A stretch of DNA of 64,000 nt from the human T2T-CHM13v2.0 reference genome, Homo sapiens. Made by a program: the position numbers and the translations under genes. The stretch covers positions 18,208,001 through 18,272,000 of the forward strand of contig CP086569.2 of the NCBI GenBank assembly GCA_009914755.4. Reading direction: 5' to 3'. Shown here piece by piece: positions 17,873-35,180 of this stretch (position 1 is the first letter of the stretch; every line of letters begins with the position of its first letter). The notes under the pieces were generated by a model. It was not told where the DNA came from, searched no databases, and saw only the letters and a program-made list of their open reading frames with translations.

Positions 17873-17923
17873 TCACCAAAAAACATAAATGAGTACTGAT
17901 TTTTTAAAGAAATATTTAACTCA

Positions 17924-18233
17924 GGGCCTGGTGTGGTGGCTCATGCCTGTAATCCCAGCACTTTGGGAGGCTAAGGCTGGTGAATCACCTGTAGTCAGGC
18001 ATTTGAGACCAGCCTGGCCAGTATGGTGAAATCCCATCTCTACTAAAAAAATTCAAAAATTAGCCAGGTGCTGTGGTGCATGCCTGTAGTCCCAGCTACT
18101 TGGGAGGTTAAGGGAAGAAAGCCTTCTGAATCAGAGGAGTGGAGGTTGCAATGAGCCAATATTGTGCCACTGCACTCCAGCCTGGGTGACAGCAAGGCTC
18201 TGTCTCAAACAAACAAACAAACAAAAAAAAAAA
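17924..18233 (+). mobile_element. Alu with a (CAAA)n tail, 52 bp downstream of the previous Alu in the same orientation
   Basis: gggcctggtgtggtggctcatgcctgtaatcccagcactttgggaggctaagg...ccactgcactccagcctgggtgacagcaaggctctgtctcaaacaaacaaacaaacaaaaaaa. Confidence 0.9.
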
Positions 18234-19786
18234 TCTATGCACACACATCTCACAGTTTATTACTCTCAAAATAAAATTATTTTCCTTTTATGTCCTAACA
18301 TTCATTTAAGATAATTTTAGGCTTTTTTTCTCACTCCATTCTAATGTATTTTATTTAGCTATGATTCCCACCATAAGAGGTGGTAAAGTTGTCAATCAAA
18401 AGTGTTTTGTATCTTATAATTTTTGGTAAGCTTTTTGTGAGATTGCTTGGAAAACATACGATTCTTAATAATATTATGTTGCAGAAATAAATACTTTATA
18501 TTCTTCTATGCAAATGACTCTGAGTTGGACCTCAGGGGCATTGCACATGAACATTCATAAACAAGCCTTCTGAGTAATGCATCAAACATGCAGCCAGAAT
18601 GTGAGCTATTTCAGGCTATGCATGACACTAGGGCTCCAGATTGGCCTAACTATGACTACTTGATATTTTCCCTGTGCATATCCACCACATCACACATTCT
18701 TCAATAAATCATCAGAATACATGAAACTTGCATGCAAAGTTTTGAAATCTATCTCAGTATTTGCATGTCTCAGATAATGTCTCCCTTAAGCTATAAATTA
18801 CTTCAAGCTTAAATTACAACAATTAAGAAAAAGTTTTAAAATCTTATTTTTATAATCAGTAACACGCATTTTCTTTTCAATATTGATTAATGTTCTGAAG
18901 TAGAATGCACTTAAGAGACATCCAATATTATGTTATGACAGATTCTTATGACAACCTGAGGCACCATATTTTAAAAAGATTTTGTTGTGTTTTCTGATTT
19001 ACATCTTCAGCTGTTCAGAACTCTAATGAATCAATTTGAGTAGATGTAAAACTAGGGAATTATGGCTCTTCCACAGATAATTATGGCTAAAATATAGTAA
19101 CACAAGTTTGTTAATTTTATATAAATAAATGAAATTTTAAATGACATATCCTGTTGTTTTTAACAGCTGTGATGACCAAATTCTAATTACTTTCCCACAT
19201 GATCACAAAGAGCTCAGGTAGTTTTAACCATAAGAATTTAATTTTTTTCTTGTGTGCATTTCCACTATATTGTGCATTCTTTAATAAATTATCAGAATAC
19301 ACGAACCTTGCACACAAAGTTTTGAAATAGCCATGTTTTCTTGCAGCACATTGTTGTAAAGCAGTGCCCCTCTAGGGTTATCTATTTTTTGTGTTCACAG
19401 CTTTAAATTAAAGATGATGTTCACTGTTTGCCAATGCTTGGAAATAAGGAAGGAAGTGCTACTCAACACCCATTATGTCTAGACAAGTTTCTGCAACATT
19501 GCTTGTAGTAGATAATCAAGGCTGTCTACTGAACAAACATTTTTTTGCTTTTTGATTTTTGAAGACTGATATTGTTTAATCAAATACCCTGGCAAACACA
19601 GGTTATTCTTAGCTGAGGGCAAAGGATAATGAGTCTTGGCCAAATAAGATAATCTCATTTCCCTTTCTTAAGTGGCCACTTTAAGAAAAAACATGAATGT
19701 TATTTATGATTAAAAATGTATAATGAAGTCTGAAGGAAGCAGTCTCTGCAAAGAATTTTGCTGCCATTTGAATTGAAAAAATCCAA

Positions 19787-22597
<2,811 letters not shown>

Positions 22598-22680
22598 GAA
22601 AAAATCATATATATGGTTGTTGTGATTACCCTACAAAAGTAAGATTGACTGCCACACTGAATTTGGTTTGGTTGTTGAAG

Positions 22681-22730
22681 CTGATAATTTTACACACACG
22701 CACACACACGTACACACACATACACACACC
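22681..22730. repeat. (CA)n-like microsatellite
   Basis: cacacacgcacacacacgtacacacacatacacacacc. Confidence 0.9.
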
Positions 22731-23003
22731 AAGGAGATATGAAAAATTTGTTGCTTGAACAATGAGGCTTTCTGGTAAGGGAAAAACATCTCAAGGATAT
22801 GAAAATAGGTGACACTTCAAGGAAAGACTGACTTGGGGCTTTTAATGTGATAAGGGGCTGGAGTTGGTATGCTTCTGGCTACCACCCAAGGAGGGAAGAC
22901 CCAAGCTTGTGTACCTGATTACCCTGATGTGAGGCAGAAGAGAAAAGGGAGTGGCTGAAGCTCAGATGCTATCTGCAGTCAAATATCAGAAAAAGGGAGT
23001 GCA

Positions 23004-23284
23004 GGCTAGATGTGGTGGCTCACACCTATAATCCCAGAACTTTGGGGGGCCAAGGCAGGAGGATTGCTTAAGACCATGACTTTGAGACCAGCCTGGGCAA
23101 TTTAGCAAGAGCTCTCTCTCTCTACAAATACTAAAAATAATTTAAAAATATATATTACTTGGGCACGGTGGTGCATGCCTGCAGTCCCAGCTACTCCAAA
23201 GGCTGCAGGAGAAGAATATTTTGAGCCCTGGAGGTCAAGGCTGCAAGAATCTATGATCACAGCACTTTTCTGAATCCTGGACAA
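23004..23284 (+). mobile_element. Alu whose 3' tail has expanded into the long purine tract that follows
   Basis: ggctagatgtggtggctcacacctataatcccagaactttggggggccaaggcaggaggattgc...gggcacggtggtgcatgcctgcagtcccagctactcc...gaatcctggacaagtgag. The (GAAA)n run follows immediately. Confidence 0.85.
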
Positions 23285-25270
<1,986 letters not shown>

Positions 25271-26057
25271 GTGGATTCCAACCCTTTATTGCAGCCATGT
25301 ACACAGATGCATGAAACCGTGCTAACTGGATGTTCAGAAGCCATCAGGTGAACTGAACACCATATAGGTAGAACACATAGCCACCACAGACAAAGGAAAA
25401 AACATTCTGAAAGGAGCTGAGAAGTGAGATGAAGAACCCAAGATAATATCCCTGAAGGTTTCACCAAATCAGAAACCGTCTCCCTCTGTTGGTGTATTAC
25501 ATGAGATAAATAAAAATTGCCTTTATTACTGAAGTTAGTCATTGAGTAATCTCTACTTGCATCAAATGACATCCTAGGTTTTTCACTATCATTTTTTCAC
25601 CTTGTCTTTTTTTCAAGCTTTCTTGATTTCAACATAAAGAGTGACCCATAGTGATGGACCCATAGCGATGTCAGCTTAGTTCATCTCTCCTTGCATTTCC
25701 CTGCTTGAAGGATGGCCCCTTGTAACAAGAATTGCAATTAAAATGTTTTGCTTGTGCAAACCGTTTTCTGCAATTTATTTTTATTTTTATTTATTTTGCT
25801 CTTTCAAGCTCAGAAGAGTGTGCCTGACATCCTCCAGGTAATATTTCACTTCCCAATGCCTATTTAACAACACAGTGAGTTATAAAAAGCAGACAAATTG
25901 AGAAAAAAAGAGAGAATTATGCAAGTAAGAGAAAGATATCAACCCATCTGGAGGTAAGATAACCTTGTTTTGGTTTTGTGTGTTGAAGAGTCAAAGTTAA
26001 CGAGTAGATGTTTTCGGGACCCACACACACTGGATATTTACATCAAGTACATCACAA

Positions 26058-26398
26058 GTTTTTTTTGTTTGTTTTATTTTGTTTTTTTTGTTGTTGTTGT
26101 TGTTGTTTTTTTCAGACGGAGTCTCCCTCTGTTGCCCAGGCTGGAGTGCAGGGGCGCGATCTTGGCTCATTGCCAACTCCGCCTCCCAGGTTCACGCCGT
26201 TCTCCTGTCTCAGCCTCCCAGGCAGTGAGTAGTAGGTACTACAGGTGCCCGCCACCATGCCCGGCTAATTTTTTGTATTTTTAGTAGAGACGGGGTTTCA
26301 CCGTGTTATCCAGGATGGTCTCAATATCCTGACCTGTGATCCGCCCGCCTCAGCCTCCCAAAGTGCTGGGATTACAGGCGTGAGCCACCGCGCCCGGT
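26058..26398 (-). mobile_element. Alu (young, CpG-rich AluY-like) on the - strand, with a (TTG/TTTTG)n-containing tail
   Basis: gagacggagtctccctctgttgcccaggctggagtgcaggggcgcgatcttggctcattgc...ccgcccgcctcagcctcccaaagtgctgggattacaggcgtgagccaccgcgcccgg. Many CpGs are retained. Confidence 0.9.
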
Positions 26399-29300
26399 CC
26401 ACAAGATTTATCTCAATATTTCAATTATATAATCTGTGATTTTAGTTAAGATATCAGTAAAGAATAATTATATCATATGTTTTCATGATAAAAATGTCAT
26501 GATTATTTTGCGAGACACATTGTGCAAACTCATTACTAAGGAAATGACAGTTAAAAATAGGAATGGTAACTAATGGAAAAAGTAAAAGTCACAACTTACT
26601 ACCATTGATGTTACAGATCCATATAGCTTGTAGTCAGCTTAGTGGATAGACTGCATACGTAACATTTACGTGGTAAGTAAAACTGCTCCCTCAAGTGTGT
26701 GTCCTCTTACATCCAACTCTGCATTATGGAAACAGGGAAAGTCTCATGCGAAAACAAGCCAAACCTTTTACAGTTCTGCAATGCACGGACCTGCTGCATA
26801 ATGCATAACATTTATATTTAACACCTATGTTAAATAGGTGGCTCATCTGTGGCTACATGGAAAAATGGAGTGTTTATTAATTTGTAGACAGGAGACACTT
26901 CCAACAACACACAGCTGGAGGCATTGAGTTTTTAAGGCAGCTTCCTTAATACAGCTGTTCTCTGGCTCTTGGCAGTTTAGAGACTGGCCTGCCAATTCAT
27001 CTTTAGCTGACCACAAATACTGCACATTTTTCAAAGCACTGGAGAGAATGGGTGGTTGATCAACCTAGCAGAAACATAAATTGCAGCTTGAATTAAAGCA
27101 TTATTAGTAGATAACGGTGATAGGCAGAGGTAGGATGGTTGGTTATTATTTGTCCCCCAGAAGCACATTTGAGTGCATCATAGTTCCTTGCTATGGTGGG
27201 CAGTGAAATCCCAATTTGATGTCCTGCAAGAACAGTACTCTGTCAGCGGGTGGTTAGACCACTGAGTGCAGAATCCACATTTGCATTTGCCTTTTGACTG
27301 TGTGCGGAAGAAAAACAACTAAAGGCACACTTTGGTCAGTGAGTTTTATTTTCCAATTCCTTAATTCTATTCAGTTATTATAATCATTTTGAACTTTTTT
27401 TCAATAAAATAAATTCATGGAGCTGAAAGGCTGCATGATGTTATCAGGAAACAGAATATTTCTTTGGTATCCTGGATGATTAAATGTGAATTTATTTGTT
27501 ATAATCTTCCTGAAGATTTAATCTGTCTCTAGTCATCTTATAGCAAAGTGCCAGAGAGAATCAGAGCTCTCTTCTAAAGAGAAAAATGAAAAAGGTTACA
27601 GACACTACCCCTGTAGCAACCTGTCAGAACAGGAGCATTTCTTGACTTTCAGATATTGTTCTTTTCCTTTCTTGTTTATTTATCCTGCATACCCATGAGA
27701 AAGAGCATTAAGATAGGAAGAAAACTCTGCCTGGAGTTTTCCATCTGACTGGTTTCTTCATTTCTTTCATTTTTTGATTATACAGCCATAATATTAGCCC
27801 TGATACAGTTTGTGCAAATAATAAATGAGACATGCTTTATTCTTGCATGTATAAATAAGTGAATGAAATTGGCCAACATAGGCTACAAGAATATTCCTGT
27901 CCTCCTCTGGACACCACTCCCCAAATTAATCTTGGTTAATATTGTTTTAATTAGAATTTTATCCCACAACTTCCTTCTGATTAAATCCATTCTTCCTTCT
28001 GATTAAATCCATTTCTAGTAAAATAAGTGACAATGTAAACTTGGTAAAATATCATTTATAGTTATAAAAATAAAATGAAACATCCCTAAATGCAAGATAA
28101 GGAAAAGGGCATATCTTAATACATCTATGTATTTGTGATATTCAGACTGTTCCTTCACTATTTGTTGCTTCAGTCCATGCATGCTCACAATGCTATGAAA
28201 GTTTGGTAAGGAATTCTTGTAAAGTGACAACCCAAATTCATAGGGCATTTTTTATTATATAACAACAAATACAAGAACCTAGAGAGCAGGTGTTAGTGCT
28301 TGGTTTTTGGGGCTGGATCTCCTTTGAGCATGTCCATCATGGACACCAAGTCATAGTCAAGAAATAGGTGGTGAAAATACAGGAAGAGCAAGTCAGATAG
28401 ATGAGTTTTGAAACTTATATCTTGGTAATCAATGCTGACCTATTTATCTTTCTTGTTGCTGAACCAGCAGATTAGGCTTCCTTCTCACTAAAAATCCACT
28501 TTCCCAAATTAAATGTCACATTTAGTGTGAGGTTCTATATGATGGGTTTATCATGTTATCTCTGGAATTAAATATGAGAGTTGCAATACACCTGGTGTCA
28601 TGTAAGTATTTAATGAACAAAGTAAGTATTCGGTGAACAAAGAAATTTGTTTCACCTGCAGGGTGACTTCTCAGAGGGAAGAATCATGGGGGCTTTATGC
28701 ACCAAGCTAAGAGGATTGTTCCCGATTCTACAGCAACAAGGAGAATACAGGGCATACTACAAATATACAGAGTCCTGTTTTAGCAGCATTGCTCTAAGAC
28801 CTTATGAAAGAGAAAAAAAGAAGTATTTGCACAGTCAAGGCAGGAGAATCTAGGGTCCCTATGAGTGAAGATGAACTGAAAAGAGGGGTGAGAAATATGA
28901 AAGAGAGAGAATTCATGGGACCTGAGTGTGAGTCAAGGAGTGGCCATCCCACTGATGTAATTGGATGGTGGTGTCATTGCTATTGGTAAACCTGAAGAGG
29001 ACAGAAGTAAATTTAAGTATAGTACATTTTGGTGTGAACACAAGCCAGTCTAGCTCCAACTAGACATGGCTAGAAGATATTTACAAAATGTTTTTGCATT
29101 CAGGAGAGACATAGAGACAGCAGGGAAGAAGTCTGCATATAGGTAAAGGCATGTGTGTATGCATGCAAAGAGGGACTGAATGTAATCTTTTAAACTAGGA
29201 AATCTCTAAGCTAATTACATTAAATCACACATGTACACCATCCTTAGCAATGTTTTTCCAATGCTTAAACAAGGGCTGATATGTACCTAGTGAAACCATG

Positions 29301-30023
29301 GACAAAATTTTGTAAAAGATATCTCTATGTGATCTCTTTAAACCTTGGTGTTGCATTTTGAAATTTAATGTATGCAGTGAAGAGCTACAAATAACATATG
29401 CTTTTTGACTTTGCAAAATAGAAAATGGAACTGATACCTGGAGGTTTCATTCTAATTCTGTTGTTTTTTTCCAGGACAGCATCAGAAGGTTTCTATCAAG
29501 GGGCAAGAAAGAAGTCATTTCACATTTCTCAAAACCCATTATTTAGGGATTAGTCAATGATCTTGTTTGCAGGGTGAGAATTTGGGAGATTGTTACAGGA
29601 TATTGCTCAATCAAGACAACAAGTAATATAACCCATTGTCATTCTGAATTCATACATTTCTTGAGGAGGAAATAACATGTGAAGTGGAAAGATATATTTT
29701 CATCAATTCATTTTTCCTATGAGTATATAACCTGCTAGACAGTTTGTACCCTTATCTCACTTCATCTTTTGCACAAATCTATTAAATGAATGGAAGTACA
29801 CAGCTATTCAGCAAATTACTCCCAGGTGCAAAGATACAGTATGTGAAGAAATCATCATAGGCAGCCTGATACCTTACTCACAAATCCACTGATATTTTGC
29901 ATCAGATGATTTTTTTTGTGGTGGGGACTGCCCTTTGCATTGTAGGATGATTTGCAGCATTTCTGGCCTCCACACTCTAGATGCCAGTAGCAGTACCTCT
30001 GCCAACTTAAAGATGTGACAATT

Positions 30024-30087
30024 GGCTTGGCATGGTGGCTCACATGTGTAATCTTAGCACTTTGGGAGGCCCACATGGGTGAATAAT
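30024..30087 (+). mobile_element. Left 64 bp of a host Alu (Alu positions about 1-58) that is split by the HERV-K insertion. Its right part lies at 35851-36089.
   Basis: ggcttggcatggtggctcacatgtgtaatcttagcactttgggaggcccacatgggtgaataat is the Alu 5' end with CpG decay. It is preceded by aaagatgtgacaatt (30009-30023), which recurs after the right part's poly-A at 36087-36101. Confidence 0.8.
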
Positions 30088-30089
30088 TT

Positions 30090-30546
30090 TGCAGCCAGCC
30101 AAAAGCCCATGGGATGTGTGACTTCAGCATTCCACCAGAGGCTATATGATCAAACAGCAAACTGTTTATCATGAATGCATGATGTGGGCAAACTCATACT
30201 GCCCTGCCAACAAAAGGTTTGCTGAGGGACATCACTCCCCAGCCCTGGGCTCCTTGAAGTTATCTACTGAGAAAATTAGAGCCTATTGTTCAAAGGATGC
30301 AGTTCAAGCCTGCTGTGAACCATACAGCTGACTGACAATTACCCGACAATCACCCCCCTCCTTCTTGCTGTCTCTTTCACCTGATAGACACAGATGCCTG
30401 TTTAAACCTCAGCGCCCTTGTCCATTAGAAGCAAGGTTCCCCTGACCCCTCCTTCCAAATATACTCTTTTGTCTCTTGTCTTTTGTTCCCAAGTTTTCAC
30501 CCTTTTTGTTCAGTTCCCCTAGGTCCCTGTGGGTTTTACAAGTTGT
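30090..30546 (+). repeat. HERV-K-like 5' LTR (about 457 bp)
   Basis: It aligns with 35181-35630. Shared blocks include gggatgtg...ttcagcattc..agaggctatat.atcaaacagcaaact.tttatcatgaatgca.gatgtgggcaaa...ctgccctgccaacaaaaggtttgctgagggacatcactcc. Confidence 0.75.
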
Positions 30547-31508
30547 GCTCGAAGAGGTGACAGTCCAAACATGGGAGTTCCAGGACATGAACAAAGAACA
30601 TCTGCTCCAGCAAAGGAATTGAAATTGACAAGGCAAACGGGGACCCCAGGATGAGTTTGCCAGTGGCAGATATAAGGTCAGTGCCTTAAAGAGGTACTGA
30701 GAGCAGTGCTTTAAAGAAGTACTGGGAACGGAAAGTTTTCTGAATCATGGTAACAAGAGAAGAATTTCTCTATTGAAGAAAAACATTATGTGCAGTTTCT
30801 TAAAGTTCTGTTGAGACAGTCTGGAGCTCAGGTTCATTCTCAGGCACTAAGTAACCTTCTGCAGAAGCTACAAAATGTTATTATGCATAACCCATGGTTT
30901 CCACAGGCAGGCACTCTTGATGTGAGAAATTGTGATACAGCAGGAGGAGGATCAAAATAGGCTTATCAAAAAGGTCTTAAAGTTGATTCTTCTGTTTTCT
31001 CCACTTGGAGTTTAGTTTGTGCTGTACTTCTGCCATTATCTCCTTGTTATTCTCTGCAGCAGCAGGCTGAATCTCAAACTCTGAAAGAAACTGTTTTCCT
31101 TCCCATAGCTCCAATTGAAAATAAAAAACAGGAGAGGGAGGATAAAAATTGGTCTATACTGCCTCCTCCAATTGCCAAAACATCTGTACTGCCTCCTTCC
31201 ATAGCAGAAACAGAAACCCCAATACAGAGAATTTTACCCTTTGCTGCCATAGCGGGAGAGCCCTTAGGACCTTGTACTTTTCCTATTTCCATAAGGCCTG
31301 ATCCAAATAATTGACAGTAGTTTATTCATGAACACACCCCACTAGAATTATGTTGTTGAAGGAATTAAAAACTAGTGTGGTCAATAATACAGTACAAAGC
31401 CCATGGTTCCTGGAGGAAGGAATGTTAGATGTGGAACTTGGGGAACAAGTGGGGAGAAATCTTAAACAACATCAGGTATGAAGGCATCAGGTCCCAGTAA
31501 AATCTTTA

Positions 31509-31820
31509 ATGTTATGGGCTTTAATTAGAGCAGCCTCAGCTCAGTTACACACAGAAGAGCCTAAAAAGAAGAAAGAGGAGAAAACATCACCTGCCTTATC
31601 ACCTCCTCTTCCCTCAGCCCCAATATCAACCGGCCAAAATAGCAAAGAGGAAACAGAGGTCTTACCTAATCCTCCACTTCCAATAGATAGGAAAGAAGAC
31701 AGAGAATATGCTACAGCTATCTGTTCATGTCTTAAGCAGGCAGTGCTAGAAGGAGAGCTCTTAACCTGCTCAGTAATGCAAAATCAACAAGGCAATCAGG
31801 TGTATATTTCTAAAAGATAA
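31509..31820 (+). pseudogene. gag: gag (matrix region) fragment of the HERV-K-like provirus
   Basis: The ORF translation MLWALIRAASAQLHTEEPKKK... resembles the HERV-K Gag MA segment ..WNDWAIIKAALEPFQTEE... Confidence 0.6.
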
Positions 31821-33677
31821 GAAAAAAGGCATTGAAACTGTGTGGCTCAGAAAAGGCACAGTGGCAAGAAAGCTAGCAGCGACCATGGCCGCAAGGTTTG
31901 CCCAGGCCAGCAGCATGCCCCAGCAAAGGAGGGAGGGAGCAGCACAGGCAGGCAAAGCTTCTAAAAGTACAATGTGGCCACTGCCCAGGACCTGCACCAC
32001 TACCCTGTGGGTCTGCTGGAAGCCCATAGCAAAATTTCATGGTTACATCCCAGGCTATGATTCTCTGCTAAGATTTCAGTAAAAAGTAGGAATTTGAAGA
32101 ACTTCTTTTCTAATAATGGCCACTATTGTTATCTCTCTCCTATCCCTGATGTAGCTTTCCAAATACAATTTAAGTAAAACAGTAACCTCTGAAGGAAGAG
32201 AGATTGCAGAGGGCCCATGAATTAAGAGTAATTAAAAGCCAGGCATGTAAAAAAACACATTACCCTTTAAAAGAGAACTTTAAACCTAATTAAATGATAT
32301 TTTTTAAATTAGAAGGTAAAAATGTCGTGTTCTTCTCAGAAAGTGAAGAAAACCTGTATGTAAGTGTAGTGAAAACATATGCATGAATGACTGTCTTAAC
32401 CCATTGATTACAGAGAGTCTTTAATTTGCACTTGCTAAAAGAGTCCTAAATTGAGTTCCCCGGTTAGTGAGTCACTGTTTTCTAGACTGTCAGAATCAAG
32501 TTCACAAACTTGATCAGTCTGAAAACTCAATTACAAAATTTAAGCTATTTTGCCTGTGGCTTTAAGCACATGGTTAAAGTATATTATTTGAGTCTCTGCT
32601 TCTAGAGATGCTTTCAGGTTATCTTTTTAAACTTCTTGTTACTTATTTCAACTTGCCATCTTAGTGATTAATACAGTCAATTGCTAAGTTATGACCCTGA
32701 TATCATCAGGATTCCTTTAAGTAAAAGGCAATTTGAAGAGTTATTGCACTTACCCATACCTAATGCTTCTGTTGTAACCAAGCGAGTTATAGAGAAATGC
32801 CACACTTTGAGACTAATCCAGGAGTCCTTTATTAGCTGACAATGGAGAGATGGCTAATGCTTGAAATTCTCTCAGTCTTGAAGAAGGAGCTAGATTTTCT
32901 TTTATACTTTGGTTTAGAGAGGGGATTGCTTCAGCAATCTTACAGGCAAAAAAGTTGAAAAGACAAATGTTTACAGGAAAACAAACACCTCCAGGTGTGG
33001 GGGCTTCAAATTCTTCACAAGGTGATAGGTGTGGGGGCTCTGGGTGTTATATGCCAGACATAAGTGCAGGGACTTAAGAGTACTATCACCTGAGCGAATT
33101 CCTGGGAACTATGTACATAGCTTGCCACCCTACCTTATCAATTAATTGCACTCTTTTATGAGCTGAGAGTCTGCTTGCACAAATTAAGTCCTTGAGGAAG
33201 GGGGTGGGTAAGAAGCCATTAATGTCTTGCATATGAAGGAGCTGAAAGAGAGAGCCAGTCAAGTTAATACAAGTTAGTATATCACATTTTAACACTATTT
33301 ATTGATGGATCTGGTGAATATGGAAAAGCAGCAATCTAGTACAGACCACATAATTCAATCACTCGATCTGAGTTTACTAGAACTCAGAGAGCTAAGGTTA
33401 CTCTGTTTATTTATTAAATAACCTTTACAACCTTAAGCTCTCTCTCAACTTTCCAGCCTTATGTTGCAAAAATAGCCATCAATTTATGGGGTTGAGACTT
33501 ACTTACAGCACAGGGTATGAGACTTACAAATGAAAACTTTGATAACTCAGGATTTAAAATGTTGAAGAATATGGGATATCAGGGTGAAAAATGTTTGGGG
33601 AGATTTCTACAGTGAAATCCTAACCTGATATCAGTAACTGGAAAATCAGATAGAAAAGGGCTAGGACATCAGGATTT

Positions 33678-34050
33678 ATGGCAGGGGTCATTAATATTTC
33701 TCCTCCGCCCACTGCCTCACTATTAGAATGTCTTAGTGACAAACCTATATGGGTGGATGAATGGCCCCTAACACAGGAAAAGCTAGATAAACTTTATCTG
33801 TTGGTAAATGAGCAATTGAATGCTATAGAAAAGTCCGTTAGCCCCTGGAATTCTCCAGTGTTCGTTATCCCAAAAAGGTCTGAAAGTAATAATGACTGCA
33901 GGAGTTTCAGCTCAACACTTAGAGCTAATTGCAATCATTCAGGTTTTACAGCTCACAGCTTCAGATCCTATCAACATTGTCTGTGATTCAGCTTATGTTG
34001 TAAATGTAGCCAGTCACATAGAAACTGCTACAGTTAAAAGTACACTAGAC
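33678..34050 (+). pseudogene. pol: pol fragments: RT N-terminus fused (by a deletion of about 1.2 kb) to an RNase H segment
   Basis: ORF 33678-33986 has the RT N-terminal motifs ([15 protein letters not shown]). ORF 33892-34050 has an RNase H-like segment ([11 protein letters not shown]...[10 protein letters not shown]). Canonical RT motifs between them are missing. Confidence 0.7.
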
Positions 34051-34051
34051 C

Positions 34052-34366
34052 TGCCAGGCATGGTGGCTCATGCCTGTAATCCCAGCACTTTGGGAGGCCG
34101 AGGCAGGTGGATCATGAGGTCAAGAGATCAAGACTACCGTGGCCAATATGGAGAAACCCCGTCTCTACTAAAAATACAAAAATTAGCTGGGTGCCGTGGT
34201 GGACACCTGTGGTCCCAGCTACTCAGGAGACTGAGGCAGAATAATCACTTGAACTCAGGAGGCAGAGGTTGCAGTGAGCCGAGATTGCACCACTGCACTC
34301 CAGCCTTGGGACAGAGAGAGACTCCATCTCAGAAAAAAAAAATAAAGAAAAAAATAAAAGAAAAAA
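34052..34366 (+). mobile_element. AluY-like insertion inside the HERV-K pol (RNase H) region, with a TSD
   Basis: ccaggcatggtggctcatgcctgtaatcccagcactttgggaggccgaggcaggtggatcatgaggtcaagagatcaagac...gagccgagattgcaccactgcactccagccttgggacagagagagactccatctcagaaaaaaaaaa. The flanking duplication is aaaagtacactagacc (34036-34051) against aaaagtacaccagacc (34365-34380). Confidence 0.9.
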
Positions 34367-34379
34367 GTACACCAGACCC

Positions 34380-35093
34380 AGAATTGCTTAATTTGTTTAA
34401 CTTATTCTCATATGCTTTATGCTACATGCCAAAGAGTTGAGATAGCTGGTCATGTACAGTGACATTGTCTGTCATCATTTGCTCATTTGGGAATATTTAA
34501 ACAATTAAAAATTGACAATGGACCTGCTTATACTAGTCATACCTTTCAAAATTTCTTACAGCTTTGGGCTATAACACATAAAACAGGAACTCCTTATAAT
34601 CCTAGCGGATAAGGCATTAAAGAATGGGCACATCAAACACTACAACGCATGTTGAAAAGACAAAAAAAGGGGGTATAGGAGGCCAGCTACCACCTCAATC
34701 AAAACTACATTTAGCCTTGTGTACTTTAAATTTTTTGACTCCTGGTAAGAATGGTGAGACTCCAGCAGAAAGACATTGGCAACTGTTAGGAGAAAAGAGA
34801 AAAGTTGGTCTGAAAGTGTCATGGAAATCCCCAGAAGAAGGACAATGGAAAGATACAGTGGATTCTCTGATGTGGGGAAGAGGGTACGCTTGTGTGTTTA
34901 CAGGAGATGGACAAACCACGTGGGTACCCTCAAGATGTGTGCAACCACAGAACAGGAGATGGAGGAACCCAGGGTGGCCAACCATGGGCCCAGTCATTCC
35001 AGTAAGAGCCATGATCCAGCTGGGCCTGAGTGCATAGATGGAGAGAAGGCTGACCAGAGTCAAGACACAGTTCTAATGCTATGTTTTCTGTAA
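34380..35093 (+). pseudogene. pol: Integrase remnant (core and C-terminal) of the HERV-K-like pol
   Basis: It translates to IKTDNGPAYTS-like (aaaattgacaatggacctgcttatactagtcat) and ...TGIPYNP-like (acaggaactccttataatcct) segments. ORF 34624-35037 begins MGTSNTTTHVEKTKKGGIGG.. (IN C-terminus). Confidence 0.6.
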
Positions 35094-35166
35094 AAGTGGA
35101 TGGACCACCAGTCAGATAATGAGGGCTGCCCAGCCTGGCCTTACATTCTTTCAATTAATACATAAA

Positions 35167-35179
35167 CAAAAAGGGGGAT
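35167..35179 (+). promoter_or_regulatory. Polypurine tract (PPT) of the HERV-K-like provirus
   Basis: caaaaaggggga lies directly upstream of the 3' LTR start (tgcag at 35181). Confidence 0.7.
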
Positions 35180-35180
35180 A

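Noticed and set aside
30546-30600. Attempt to identify a primer-binding site (PBS) downstream of the HERV-K 5' LTR, and likewise below the LTR12 at 51897
   Set aside because: The sequences immediately internal to the LTRs (agttgtgctcgaagaggtgac...; rc aagggacaatcaactatcacc...) do not start with TGG or match tRNA 3' ends I can recall. I left the PBS unannotated and did not guess.
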